From Kudoa neothunni (lineage: Eukaryota > Animalia > Cnidaria), in assembly GCA_964304625.1 (NCBI GenBank), contig OZ199839.1, positions 1-64,000 of the forward strand: a stretch of 64,000 bases of DNA, read 5' to 3'. The translations under genes and the position numbers were made by a program. The notes beneath the pieces were generated by a model. The model did not search any database. It saw only the letters and a list, made by a program, of their open reading frames with translations, and was not told where the DNA came from. Shown piece by piece: positions 45,107 through 59,150 of the stretch. How positions within the stretch are numbered: position 1 is the stretch's first letter; each line of letters opens with the position of its first letter.

Positions 45107-46151
45107 ATGGTCGATGGTAAAGAAAACTGTAGGCCAGTGCCTATGGTTGTGGTTATTGCTGGTGAAACAATCTCTGCTATTCTTGGGCTTATTGGGTTAA
45201 CAAACATTGCTCTAATTGTTATAATAATGTGGAACAAAAAATTACGTGGGAATATATATGTGTACATTCTAAATATGAGTTTCACATCAGTGGTGTTTCT
45301 GAGTGTTGCGGTATTGGATGCAATCTACATCTACTATGGGTATTATCCATTTGGACCATCTGTCCTCAATTTCCATACATGGATATGGGAAGCTATACTA
45401 AACTCACATATACTGTCACTATTGACACTTACCTATGAAAAATATAACTCTGTGTTCAATCCAGTTAATTATATTAACAGCGTCAAAAGGACATGGATCA
45501 AGATTGGGTGCATTTGGCTTGCTAGCGCCATATTAGGAATACCATTCATTTTTACATACGCAATTCGATCAAACGAATGCGGTATACGTGTAATTTTTAG
45601 CCTATGTCCAGTGTATTTTAAGGATTTGTTTCCATATTTATGGACAATTCTAGGTTCCATTCTATGATCAAAATGGAGTCATGTATTCAAGAGTAATCTA
45701 TTCGTTACAATCGTTTTTCCTCTATTTCACTCCTATGTTTGTTATGATCTGGGCTTACACACGAATTATATTATGGAAAAAGAAAAGTGATTCCAACCTA
45801 CACAAATATGTAATCAATGCTTATCCTTCTTGGGCTAACGTCTAGAGACAATAATTTTGTAATTTTTTTATTTTAAAGAATAAGTGTGACGGTATTGAAA
45901 ACCCCCGCAAAGGATTGGAGAGTATCATCAAACATTCCATCATTATGGTGTTGTATTTTTTTATATTTTGGACTCCATTCATTATAGCCAGATGGATATA
46001 TTTTTTCGATGAAGAATTTTCGCCAGTGATGCTACGTTTCTCGCAAATGTTTCTATTGTTATATCCTTCATTCAGTGCTATTGTCTACGTGAGCACTAAC
46101 AAAAAGCTTAGAATATACGTGAAGCAGAGCATATCTTGTGTTTGTCCCTAA
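45107..46151 (+). CDS. Class A (rhodopsin-like) GPCR, paralogue 1, 303 aa
   Basis: Exons 45107-45589, 45654-45809, 45879-46151. Seven hydrophobic segments. Motifs KKLR..YVYILNMS, TYEKY (DRY position), IW, YFTPM, FWTPF, IVY..NKKLR. Confidence 0.9.
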
Positions 46152-47157
46152 ACAATGTGGTCCAAGATATTATATTATCACACAGCAAACAAACTTTTCT
46201 ATATTTTTATCATTTGTGGCAACAAAAACTTTTGTATTATCACAACATTTCTAATCATTATAAAATGAGTTATCAGACTTTAAAGCTGGTTCATGAATTG
46301 GATGATGTAAAATTAGGTGATTCTAAAAAACTTTTCTATTTTTTTTTATTTTCCTCTTAACAATTGTTTGAACAAATTAAAAGATTTTTCAGTGGAAAAT
46401 ATAGGCATAAAAATCTAACTTTAAGCTTTGTCCTAATATTTTTCTAATTACAGTTGGATGTACGTTTAATTGCTATTATTTTCCAGTATACGCCTAAAAT
46501 ATCCCATCTTCTGAATGTTTCATTAAAAAATGCTATTTTTAATTTTTTAATTATAATCGCTATATTTTATAAAGTTAAATTTACCATGTGATAAAAAAAT
46601 AAACAGATTTTTAAACTTTATAAATGAAGACTAATTGTTTAATATATAATAACGATAACTTATTTACGCGTTTACGATATAGGAATCTTAAATACGCCAA
46701 AAGATGTTTAAATTCTTGAATATTTTAAACAGATACTTGAAAAATATATAATCCAGAACCAATGACTGACGCTAAAAATTATGACGGAAATATCGTTGAT
46801 TATTTTTTCACTTACTCTTTCAAAAAACATTTCTACCCCCATATACTATTAAAGATGTGAAACTAACTTATTATACTGAAAACATTTATTGAATTTTGAG
46901 TCGATTCGTTTAGCTCAAAAAATAATTAACTACAGTCGAATCCCGTTTATCCAAAAATGTCGGGACTTGGCATTTTCCTTTCGGATACTGAAATTTCGAT
47001 TAAACAAAGTTCGATGAATCCGCATGTAGGATGGGAAAAATTGTAGGTTGATTACATACTTTATTTTTCATTATTCAATGTTTGTCTTATATTTTTAAAG
47101 AAAGCTCTACTATATATAAGTTATACCAGTGAATACACTGTGAAAACGTTAGTTTAA

Positions 47158-49344
47158 CCCTTTCGTACCCAACGGCTCTATCCTAGTGACCAAATATATA
47201 TTCTCTATATGGAAGCTTATTTATGGCAAATATGTGCATAAAATTAGTTTTTCTTGAAAGCATTAAATCTTTTTTTTTAATACTAATTTTGAAAATTCTA
47301 TAGCAGGAAACTTTCAGCCATTTTGATTCCAAAAAGTCATTATATTGTTTCATTGATTTACTAATATTTTTTCGATAAAATATAATAAAAAATTTTAGTT
47401 GTAGATGACAACCTGAACTATACTCTATTAAAGTTTAGAATTAGTTTATGTAACTTTAAAAAAATAATGTTGAAAATAATACATGGTCACTAGGAGAGCC
47501 TTTGGGCATATGTGACAAAATTTGTTAGCGCCAACTTTGAACAAAGATGGATCGCGACGTTAATTGTAATAAACTAAATAATGGTGAATCAATATCAGAA
47601 GTAGTTATTCTTCCAGATACTGATCTGTCAGAACCTGGCACGGTTTCTGATGATGATTTCTGTGTTTCTACGTCCGATGACACTGGCTCTGAAAATGAAA
47701 ACGATGATGTAGAATACAAATGGACTAAAAATGGTCCTTGCTTGATATTCTAGATGATGTTATTAGTTTAAATTCTTCTTTGACGAATCACTAATCCAGA
47801 TGATAACAAATGAAACAAACATTTACGCAACTCAATGTGGAATAAATTTTTTTACAGATGATGAAGAAATCCAAAAGCATCTAGGGGTCCTCATTTTGAT
47901 GGGTATTGTTAGAATGCCTCGTTATCGCTGCTATTAGAGCACATCATTAGATTTTCCACGTGTATCAAACGTTTTCTCTAGAAATCGGTTTGATAAAATT
48001 TCACAATTTATTCATTTTTCAAATAATGAAGATATCATTAAAGATCAAAACTCGGAAAATTATAATCGTTTTTCTAAAATGCGACCTTTTTTATAGCATC
48101 TACGATACGCGTTTTTAAATATAAAACCAGAAATCTATAATTCAATCGATGAGCAAATGATTCCCTTCAAAGGAATATGCAAAGCCAAACGGTACCTTCC
48201 TATTAAACCAACCAAATGGGGGTTTAAAGTGTTTGCTCAGTGTGGCATCAGTGACTTAGTCTATGATTTTATCTTGAATGAGGGAAAACCACCAGCAGTT
48301 TCACAAACTTGTGATCAAACTTCGGGTGATTTTGTAGTAAAATTGTGCGAAACGTTGCCGACTTCAAGAATCTTATTTTTGTATTTTGATAATTATTTCA
48401 CATTTATCCCACTGTAGCGACTGTTAACGAAGCGAAACATCTACTCTGTTGGAACCATAAGAAGAAACAGAATTAAACATTGTCCACTAACCCCGGTAAA
48501 ACAATTCAGCAAGAAAGGTCGCGGTTCTTACGAAAGCTTTCAGGATACCAATAATGGAATAATGTTAACTCAATGATGTGGCGGTTGTGTTGTTACGCTT
48601 ACTTCATCCCAACCCCTTGGTGTAATTAAAAGATTCGACAGAAGGGCTAAAAAGACTAAAAATATTGATTATCCCAGTGTAGTTTCAGAATATAATAAAA
48701 ACATTGGTAGAGTTGACTTGTCGGACAAGTTGATGACACTACACAAGTTAAACCACAAATGCCGAAAGTTTTATATGCGAATATTCTTTTGGGGGCTCAA
48801 TACCATCATAACATATGCTTGGTTATTATATAGACGAAATACAAAGGTCAACGATGATAACAACAACGTAATGGACTTTTTGTCATTTACTCAGTCTATA
48901 AGTGAAAGTTTAATTCACTCCAAAAAATCCAATATGGTAAAAAAGCGTGGATGTCCTTCATTGGATGATTCTAAAGTTGTAGCTGTTGATCATTCGCATA
49001 AAAAATAATCGAAACACCTTTCAGAGTCGATAAGATTTGATCATGTCGGCCACTATCCTGAAATAATGGATACCAAAGGAAGATGCGGATAGTGTAAAAA
49101 AGAACACAATTCAGCTGCATTAAATGTGGATTACGTGTTGTATTTTTAAAGCTCGAATCGGATTCGATGGAAATTTTTTTCGCGCAAATGCCCAATGTTC
49201 ATTCCGATAACCACGATGAAAAATTTTAAAAAATAATATTTAAATATTTAATTTGGATTCAAAATTTTAGTATATGAAATAAAAAAGAAATCTTAATTAA
49301 ATACAATTTTTATAACTCTACTTAAAAATTTGAGCACGAAAGGG
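47158..49344 (+). mobile_element. Full-length piggyBac (PGBD3-like) transposon with pseudogenised transposase
   Basis: TTAA TSDs at 47154-57 and 49345-48. TIR CCCTTTCGTACCCAA / CCCTTTCGTGCTCAA. Motifs SIDEQMIPFKG, PIKPTKWGFKVF, YFDNYFT, VGTIRRNR, YNKNIGRVD, KFYMRIFFW. Several stops. Confidence 0.93.
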
Positions 49345-50049
49345 TTAAAATAAAATTCTTTTGATATAAAAATGTGGACATAGGTTTGAATCCCCAATGA
49401 TGTCTTACAGTATCAATGACTATTTTATATCCAAATTTCTTTATGTTAGTTCAACCCACTCAACATTAATTCAAGAAATAAACAATACTTAAATACATGC
49501 ATTTCGTAAAAATTGAAATTATTTCTATCAATTCAATATAAAATATAGCTAAAATACTAGGATTCTTGTTGAAACAATTTAAGAAATTGATAATTATATT
49601 TGTTATGATATTATAAACGATATGAAAATAATAATTGAACTAAAAAAACTAGTTGAACACAATTTCTTAAATTAGCATAATGCTTTTACTCAAAGAGAAA
49701 GAAATAAAATAAGTTATTTTATTGGACATAAGAGATGCCTTATTTTACATCTAAATACATTTAGTTTGTTCCATTTATTATATAAAAAACATTTTAAGTT
49801 ATCTGATGAGGTGACTAAATTGATATATACAATGAATAAAGGAATCCTCGATAATTTGTAAACATAAGATAGATTACACGCGGCATCGATTTATCTCTAA
49901 TCAAAATTTGGTCAAAATTAATTTCACGAGCTGAATGTTTGCTCTCGATATTCTTTTTCAATGATAAATATAATCGTAAAAACCCGCGTGGATATGGAAG
50001 ATTTTCTAGAGTCACAGGCTTTATAATTCCTGGAAATCTCTCAAGTTCT

Positions 50050-50582
50050 CTATCAACCTCTCATGGGGCCAAAATCTACAGAAAGGGAAAATTGTCAAAG
50101 AAAAATCACCCTATCTAGGGACCCAGACTAACAGTTTCCGAATAGCCAAAAGACGTCGACGTGAATATTGTACTGGAAGAACTGACAAAAAAAACTCAAA
50201 CCGCATGCCCATATTGCATTAAACACTTTTGCTCAGTTCATTCATCGAAGAAATGTAAGAATTGTTCAAATAATTAGATAATTCGGATAAAATTTTTAAA
50301 AATTTATATAATCTTTTTGTTGCGTGAGGAATATATAGTCTTCAACTTATCAACTAAAACAATGAACGCGAAGTATCATTCTTCGTACGATCATTTGCGA
50401 ACAGGATCCGAGATTATTAGTAAGGTATTAACACAGATTAAATGATATATTAATCACCATTTTACCAAAGAATGAATGAATAGAATTCATAAAACATCAC
50501 TTCATTACTTTTTAAAAAATTTTTGTAGTATAATCATAAAATACAAACGTAGGGTCAATTTGACCCCAAATTCTTCGGAGGG
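50050..50582 (+). mobile_element. 3' fragment of a second piggyBac
   Basis: Cys-rich tail (CPYCIKHFCSVHSSKKC), gggtcaatttgaccc palindrome, end ...GGAGGG|TTAA. Confidence 0.6.
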
Positions 50583-50753
50583 TTAAAAATCTAAGTATAC
50601 TAAAAGTAGCTGACCTATTTGGACGTGTTCACGATTAGGATCAAAAACTAAAACCTACAATCCAATTGGCCTTTGTATAGCGTGGCATGGCGAAGTACAG
50701 TTTGGCAGTGTAGCCTTCATCATTTTTCGCTCATTTTCGATGCACCGAGAGAA

Positions 50754-51660
50754 ATGGATTTTTCATTCTCAAACATTGTTTCAATGCTTCCAGAAAATTT
50801 CTATATTCTCAAAAGAGATAATGAAAAATTTACTTCTTATATTCATAACTTAGGATTGTACTCAAATGAGAGAACTTGCGAAAAATGCAATTTAGTGATG
50901 GGCCTGAAAAAAAATACTGCAATTGATAGTTATGGGTTGCGATGTAATATACTCCGGGTGAGAATAAGCCTATGTAGAGGAACATTTTTCGAAGGTTCCG
51001 AATTGCTCATATGACAAACATTTTTGCTAATGTATTTGGGTGTTTTTGACATTCAAATGTAATATAGTATGCTAACGGGGAAGTTACAAATTGGTTCCAG
51101 AGAACAATAATTAACTATAAAAACTACATTCGAGAAATCTATGTATAATATTTCAATTTGTACAGGATTCGAATTGTAGGAGTGGATTTCATTGTGCAGA
51201 TCAATAAATCAACACCTGTTAAAGAAAATACCGTCAGAGAAGGGTTCTCGTTAACCGAAACATTTGGATTGTTGGCGGGGTTGATGAGAATAATAATAAT
51301 ATTTCCCATGTGTTGACCGAAGTGAGAGATCATTCAACTCTTGAAAATATTATTATCACTTATGTGGCCGGCCCGCGGTTCCATAATATGGCAGATATAT
51401 GGCGTGGTTATAATTCGTTTGAATCTCATGGCTATAAACACGAATCTGTAAACCATAGCGTTCAATTTAAAACTAGCGATGGTGTCAATATTAATAAAAT
51501 CGAAGCCATTTGTGGCGCAATTAAACACAAATTTCGGCATATATCCAATAAGAAATCTGAATTAATAGATTCTTATTTGGCAGCCTACCAATTTAATAAA
51601 AATTTAAAACCAATCATTCTTCTTCCTGTATAGAAACTATCAACCAAATTTACCAACATT
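50754..51660 (+). pseudogene. Merlin/ISXO2-like transposase relic
   Basis: CEKC..LRC, RGTFFEGS, WIVGGVDE, ADIWRGYN, HESVNHS, NKIEAICGAIK; frameshifted. Confidence 0.8.
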
Positions 51661-51743
51661 AGAATTTATTGTTGTCATTTTCTAATTTTGTTTTTCTTTT
51701 TGTCGACGCACTAATGAAAAATGTTTAAGGTTACCCATTAGAC

Positions 51744-52480
51744 CAGTGGATTTCAACGTTTTTGGAACCGCGGAATCCCAAAGTGATTAAAAATTGTTCG
51801 CGAATCCCAACATACAAAATTAAACCTTAATAAATAAAGTACAAGTTTTAGAATTCGCACGCACACGCACCAACAAAATAACGGAGATATTTCCAATGTT
51901 TATTTTGTATTCAAAATAAATAAAAACTAATATGATATTTGTGGTTGGTGACTTCGTATTACAGCTACAATATTTGAATTTTTTTTCTCCACAGTAAAGC
52001 GTTGAATCAAAAGCGATGACTTTTTGGATATTGTTCAAAAGTGAAAGCAAGCATGGGCCATTCACTTTCGGTTGTTTCAATTGCGACAGAACAACACGAT
52101 CTCTGATATCGCAAAATGTTTGCTATGCAGGAAAGTTTTAAAGAAAAAAAGACGAAACAATAGAAAAATTTGATGAAATTCGGACTCTTGCATTCAAAAA
52201 CGAACTCAGATTATTGGAGCACCGCTACCAGTATTCGTTGGGTTTTAACAAATTAAAAGGTTTTAAATCTTTATTATTAAAATTATTATTCTAAATTTAG
52301 GTAATTGTTATGAGAATAATAATTAATTAAAATTGACAAAATCGTTCATAGTCGACATCGCCAAACACATTGGCAACATTTATTTAAATTTAGGTTCCAA
52401 TAAAAAATTTTCAGATGTATTCCTGCCGCGGACTCCTAGGCGAGCTTCACGGAGCCCCTGGAATCCGTTGAAAACCACTG
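51744..52480. mobile_element. hAT MITE (second family), 737 bp
   Basis: TIR CAGTGGATTTCAAC / CAGTGGTTTTCAAC. TSD cattagac (51736-43) / cactagac (52481-88). Confidence 0.88.
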
Positions 52481-52569
52481 CACTAGACCGTACTTTATCA
52501 GCGCGGCATTATGTCAGAACATGCGCTGAGTTAATTTAATAAAAATTTGAAACTTTAAGATTGTTTTTA

Positions 52570-52632
52570 TCTGGAGTCAAAAACGACCCTATCGGCTCGC
52601 GTGTTATGGCCACGCGCTAAATGCAGGGAGGG
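52570..52632 (+). mobile_element. Orphan piggyBac-like right end
   Basis: ggagtcaaaaacgaccct...cagggaggg|TTAA. Confidence 0.45.
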
Positions 52633-53172
52633 TTAAATCCATCTTTATCATTTATGATATACTGAGAAAACTATACTGTTATAGTTCACTTTTATGCAGG
52701 AATTTAATTACCAAATTATTCCAATTTTCGGATAATGGAATATTTATCAACGAGTAATTTCATTGCCGTCCTAACAAAATTTAGTAGCTTTTCCGGATAA
52801 GGTGATATTCGAGTAATCACGATTTCGCTGCATAAAACAAATAATGAATGATATTATGTATTTTTTAGGTGAAAATAACAAATTTTCATGCCGAATATAA
52901 ATATATGTATATGGATAAATGAGGGTAGTATGTTTGTTCTTGAATGATTAATAATTTTACATGTGGACGTTTATGAAACCATCCGATTTCTATAAGACAT
53001 TCCATGACACACAACATTTGATCTAATGATGTTATAATCTGCTTGTGCCGATATATCTGTATCACCGTTGTCGTCCGATCGCATTTTGGACAAAATTTGT
53101 TTATGTGAATTTTATTGTCGGATTGAAAATAAAAACTCTCTTATATTAATAAAATAATCGCATTTTGCTTTC

Positions 53173-53176
<4 letters not shown>

Positions 53177-53203
<27 letters not shown>

Positions 53204-53204
53204 T
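53177..53204. repeat. (AT)n microsatellite
   Basis: atatatat run. Confidence 0.9.
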
Positions 53205-53769
53205 GTGGATAACAATAGATTAACCCTTATCATGGCATTACCATGATAAATACATAAAAAAAAAAATTCAATTTCCCAATAAACAATGGCAGAAGCTATC
53301 GGCACGGTAAAATTTAATCCTAAACGGCATGTCCGCTTGCGCAATGAGAATTTTTAATCTCAGCAACCCCAACTTGCAAGCTGGTGACGAGTTTAATTTT
53401 TTTGAATCTGTTATATTTAATTATTTCTGACCCATTGCTTCGATCTTAAGGGCCAGAAATAATTAAATATAGTCAAAACTAGTGCCATCAAAATATTATT
53501 GTTTACCGTGCCAATAGCCACTTCCATAAACAATCAAAAATAATATTTATTTTTTCATGATAATTAAATCTTGATCACTCCAAAAAACCGAAAACTGATA
53601 ATTATTAAGTTTATTATGATCTAATAGAGAAGAGCCATCGCTGTATTTCGATGGCAGTATTAGCTTTGAATGTATACAATACACTCTCAATGTTATACAC
53701 ATTTTAATGCTATTATTACGTTAATTTATCGCGTTCAGAGCACAAACTGCACTTTTGAAATAGCGTGAA

Positions 53770-54814
53770 ATGAATCTTAGTGACAGAAATTGCCAAAAAA
53801 TGCCCTTATCAGTGGTCATATCGGGCGAAACAATCTCTGCTGTTTTAGGATTTATTGGTCTAACAAATATTGGTCTGATTGCGATAATAATGTTGAACAA
53901 AAAGCTACGTGGAAATATCTATGTGTACACTCTGAACATGAGCTTTACATCATTGGTGTTTTTGATGGTCACATTGCTGGATGCAATCTATATCTACTAC
54001 GAATATTATCCGTTTGGACAAGCTGTGCTCAATTTCCATACATGGATATGGGAAGCTATACTCAACTCAAATGTGTTGTCATTATTGGCATTAACTCACG
54101 AAAAATATAACTCTATATTTAATCCAATTAATTTCATTAACAGTACCAAAAGAACATGGATCAAAATTGGAATCATTTGGCTCTTAAGTGCCATATTAGC
54201 AATACCATTCCTTTTTGCATACGCAATTCGTTCAAGCCATTGCACTCAACGGGTAATTTCTAACTGCTTTTCAGAAGATTGTTAGGGTTGGTGTACTCAT
54301 ATTCACATTTTAAGTATCCATTCTATGATCAAAATGGAGTCTCTTATTCAAGGACTATCTACTCGTTGCAATCATGTTTCCTCTATTTCACACCTATGTT
54401 TGTTATGATCTGGGCTTACACTCGAATTATATTGTGGAAACAGAAGAGTGATGCCGAAATGCACAATATGGTAATATGAGTTCATTTTTTTTAATTACCA
54501 GCTTGATGAATCAATTTTCTAACTTTTCTATTCAAAAGGAAAAAGATGGTAACAATCGAAAAAATTACAAAGAGTTAACGAGTGTCATCAAACTTGCTAT
54601 CACTATGGTGTTGTACTTTTTTATATTTTGGACTCCATTCATTCTCACCAGATGGATATATTTTTTCAACTCACAATTTTCATCGATTCTCAGACGTTTC
54701 TCGCAAATGTTTCTATTGTTATATCCTTCGTTCAGTGCTATTGTCTACGTGAGCACTAACAAAAAGCTTAGAGCATGTGTGAAGCAGTACATGCCTTGCA
54801 ATAAATCCACCTAA
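53770..54814 (+). CDS. Class A GPCR, paralogue 2, 304 aa
   Basis: Exons 53770-54252, 54315-54470, 54539-54814. Same exon 1 and exon 2 lengths (483 and 156 nt) and same motifs as paralogue 1. Confidence 0.9.
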
Positions 54815-57099
54815 CATAGACCAAAATAGTATATGGTTATACATTTAACATGTTGCTCTCTATAGATTTTGTTTATTGTCATATTTTTATATTCCCTTAG
54901 TGTGATTCTACTCATTATAAATTAATTTATTGTGATTTCTCGTCTTTATAATTCCTAATATCATTTTATCTACCACAAAATATTTTGCACTATCACATCC
55001 ATAGATTAAAATAAGATACCAGCAAATCATAACCGGTTCCATCTGCATGATACATTATGATTCCGTGGTGCTATTTTATTTTTTAATTGATAAAAATATT
55101 ACTCCAGATCACAGTATTTTTCTAAATTCCGAAATATAATTTATTGTTTTATGAATTCTCATTCAATTTTATTTCTTTGGTAGGATTTGAAAATATAATT
55201 TTGGCCTAGAAATAAGGTAAAATCCATTTTGAATAATTGCCTTCCAAACCTTTTCCACGATAAGAACTTTCAACATAGCAGAATTTGAGTATGAAGATTT
55301 TAATGCATAAATTTATATTTTTATCAATTCTATTTATTTTTTGAGGTTCTCTAAATTTTTGAATGTATTCTTTATTCATAATAACCTACTGTATTTTTGT
55401 ATTTAAATTGAAGATCGTCGTTCTTAAACAATGTTAGCAATAGAGGCATAATTATTGTTGATTATTCTATAGAGTTTTTAATGAAAATATCAATTCGGTT
55501 ACAACAAAACTGGAATACATTAAAACAATAAAATGGATGGTGAGGAGGGATTTATATACAACTTAAAACACTGTTCCTACCAAAACATAATAATAAATAA
55601 AATTTTGCAAAACTATAAATTATTGATCTAATTAATGCGTTATACACTATTTTTCAATATTATCGATTGTTTGTTTATTTGAATATAATGAATTCTTAGT
55701 GAAAGAGTGTGCAATTGGTTAGATATAACTCCAAAAAATTCAAAATTATATTCTTGCCTTTATTGTTACCGTAATAATGACGATATTAAGGCAACTAATC
55801 ACTAGAACTAGTAGGATATCGTATTTATTTCATTTAAATAATGAAATCAAACTGTAAAAGTTAGGTGATACACTATTTTTTGCGTTAGATCCATTATAAA
55901 ATTTTTATTTGGCGTAATGAAAAATTCTAAATTCTAAACCAGTGTTTCCCAGTGTGAGGCGTAGAAAAATTTTGGTGGAACACGGGAATTCTTGAAGGTT
56001 TAATGAACGGTTATGGCAATCTCGACAAATCCTGAGGTCATGAAAAATGTTATGGCTAGTTTGGACGGCGCAGGAAAAACGTGGACCCATGCCGCGTAGG
56101 ATACCCTTGAGATGGAGATTATTTAATTTGTGGACTCAAAATATATTGATATAATATAAATATTATATTGATCTAAGTTACATTATTGATGTTTTATGAG
56201 TGACGTAGAATATGTCAAGAAGGGAAGGGGTGAAAAAACCTACCTCACCTTGCGACCCGAAACGGTCAAAACATTTTCTCATCAGACAATACTCATTCTT
56301 TCGTTTGTTTGTTTGTTTGTTTGTTTTTGGTACACACGATAATTTCTTTAAATGCCATTCAGAAACAGATGCGCGTTAATTTCTCTATTCATTAAATTTT
56401 CGCCACGTAACTATTCACGTATTTCTTGGAATTATTTAATTTCATGGTACAAAGCGATGTGGTTTCATATGTTTTTCAATTTTTAATTATTTAATACTTT
56501 AATGAAACTATTCAAAAAAGATTTACATGAGGCGAACATTTTGAGAGAGTATACTGAACAATAAAATTAGCTATTTACAACACTTCAGTTTTCTCGCCAA
56601 ACTAAAAAGCCCAATCTAGACTTTAAGCATTATCCATCAGAAAATCTTCTATAGAAAGAATTTTTTTAGTTCATAACAGCGGTTTATATTAAATTAAAGG
56701 TTGCTATTATTATTCAAAGTAATGTGCTCGTAGCTACTCATGAGAATGTAACCCCCACGTCCAAACGATATTTTTTACAATCCTTATATGTCGGTCATAT
56801 TGTTTATTATCAACGAAATAAATATTTAAATATTTTATGTAACATAAAAAGTTTATATAGAACTAGACTTAAGTTATAAAAGATTCAACTAAGAAAAATA
56901 ATGTGGTTATGCTTAAAAATATAAGTAAGTATTGGAATATGTATCAATTTTAATTTAAAAAGAAAATTGGAATAAATTATTGTAAAACAATTTGAATTTC
57001 ACATATTTTAGACTCATTAATTACTTTACATATCGGGTTCAAAAAAGAAAATCAAATCGTCGAGACAACTGATGGGGAAATAGGGAACTAATATTTTCT

Positions 57100-57890
57100 T
57101 TTTAGCTACAAAATTAATTAAAAACAAATTAAACAATTTGTTTCAAAATAAAATTCCAGTATTGATTATATACCATACGTAGAACAAACAAATATTTACT
57201 CCAAGAATAAATATACAATCGTGCCTCGGTGTTGTACAGTAAATTGGGGCCGCTCAACTTACTACGAAATATCGAATTTCGTGCAAATGCATTATGCGAA
57301 AAATCGATTAAACCATTTATTGGCTTCTTTTTGAACATAAATTCATTTATATAATGAAAGTAAGTTTTTTCTACTTTTAATTTTATCTTTAGAGAAACCG
57401 TCCGCCATTTTAATCTGAGGTTCTCTTTCTTATAAAATGGCTGATTTTCGATCCATAACCGGGTGTGGATATAAATCACATAGACCTTCTGGATCTTGGC
57501 TTGTAAAGGTCCGTCTAAAAGTTCTTAAAGCATTCTTAACTTTAAATTTTGACAGTTTGATGATTAATTGCACCTTTTGACACTCATCATCAGAGATACT
57601 GACACATGGTCCACTATTACATTAGACCACTAATCAAGTCTCTCCTTCATTCACATTTTCGTTTGTTAGAAGTGTCGTAGTTAGAAAGTTTTTGTTCAAT
57701 CTAAAAGATTCTACCGATGGTTGAATGTTCTTGATATTTAAAATGTATTTTTTACCAAGACATAATTACTCTATTACTAAGATCAAATTTGTAAGCTGTT
57801 CGTTGTTGAGCTCCTCATTGATTTAATTGAATTATTCCAACTGATAATTTTAAATTTCTCGTCAACATCCTTCTGCATCCTTGGCATGGT
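57100..57890 (-). pseudogene. Possible pogo/Tigger-like transposase relic
   Basis: N-terminus MPRMQKDVDEKFKI and RLWIENQPFYKKENLRLKWRT, resembling the CENP-B HTH GWxxxFxKRxxLxxR motif; decayed. Confidence 0.3.
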
Positions 57891-58785
57891 CAAATCTACT
57901 ACGCAACGTCGAATCAAAACGGGGGTTCCGGACCCTGGAATTGCTACGCAATACAGAATTACTTCGCAATATTGAGCAATTTCGTATTAATTTTTTTACT
58001 CATAAATATTTTTACATATTTTTTCCGAGATAATAATGTAATTGTTACTTATAAATATCCAAATTTATAATCAATTATAAAATTAATGAGGTATTGGGCT
58101 ACTACGCAATATCGACACACGACTATATTGTGAATGAAGCATGTGCATTTACATGAATTAGAATGAACAACCGCTTATTATGAAATCTCGTATCTAAAGG
58201 ACATTGAAAATGAAAATTCTAAATTAACGAATTTAAAAGAATTATGCTAAATATGTTACTTAATTTTTTATATGGATAGAGAAAAATTATAAATAAAAAC
58301 ATATTTTATGTTCGATGCATTGAATATAGTGGAAAAAAGTTAACAAATACAAATAATTTTTAAAGTTTCATTGAACCTAAAAACTAATTTCGAAAAACTG
58401 ATTTATAATAAATATTACAAACAGAAAAATTATATTTATTTAAAATAATTAGAATGGAAGAATATCACGAAAATCCCCAAAAACCTAACATGATAAATCG
58501 ATAAAGGAGCATTTGGATGGTTTAATAATATTGATTTCAACTGAAATATTATTACTTCAAAAGTTCAATGAAATTGGGACTAAATAATATTTTAGATTAG
58601 CAAGGTAAAAATAATTATGATAAAGTATACAATTTAAATTATCCTATATAATATTGGATATAAATATAATTTAAAAAATAACTTTCAATTCTGGTTAACA
58701 CTCACAATATTTACGTGGGTCAGGGGATATTTTTTTTAAGATATATGGGTCACGGCTAAAAAAGGTTGGGAAACATTGATGTAAC

Positions 58786-59150
58786 GTGAATAATAGTGAG
58801 ACAATTTCAAAATGTGGCACGCCTTTAAATCAATACCTCGATTTTTGATTTCATTTATTTTTAATTTACTAGTAATGTCGGAAAACAATCATCAAAAATA
58901 CAATAATAACGTTTACCATGGTCTTTACCCGAATAGAATCGAAATGGTTTTAATCCTAAAGCTGCCCCGTTTTTGATTTTACCTAATAATATATTGAGAA
59001 ATGTTCTATTTAACTTATTGATTTCTGGTTAATAAGCCCAGTATTCACGAAATCGTTAACTAATAATGCAGGTTGGATTTTCACGAGTTCCATTTAACTC
59101 TGTTTTTAAGGAAGTGAAGGAATAAAGTCGTTAATTTCTATTCTTTTAAA
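58786..59150 (+). mobile_element. Diverged internal fragment of the 4368-5049 hAT MITE family
   Basis: gaataatagtgagacaatttc..aaatcaatac.., ggtctttacccgaatagaatcgaaatg and ggttggattttcacgagttccatttaac match 4433-4780. Confidence 0.6.

Noticed and set aside
45107-54814. Opsin identity for the GPCR pair
   Set aside because: There is no lysine in TM7 at the retinal-binding position (FSQMFLLLYPSFSAIVY).
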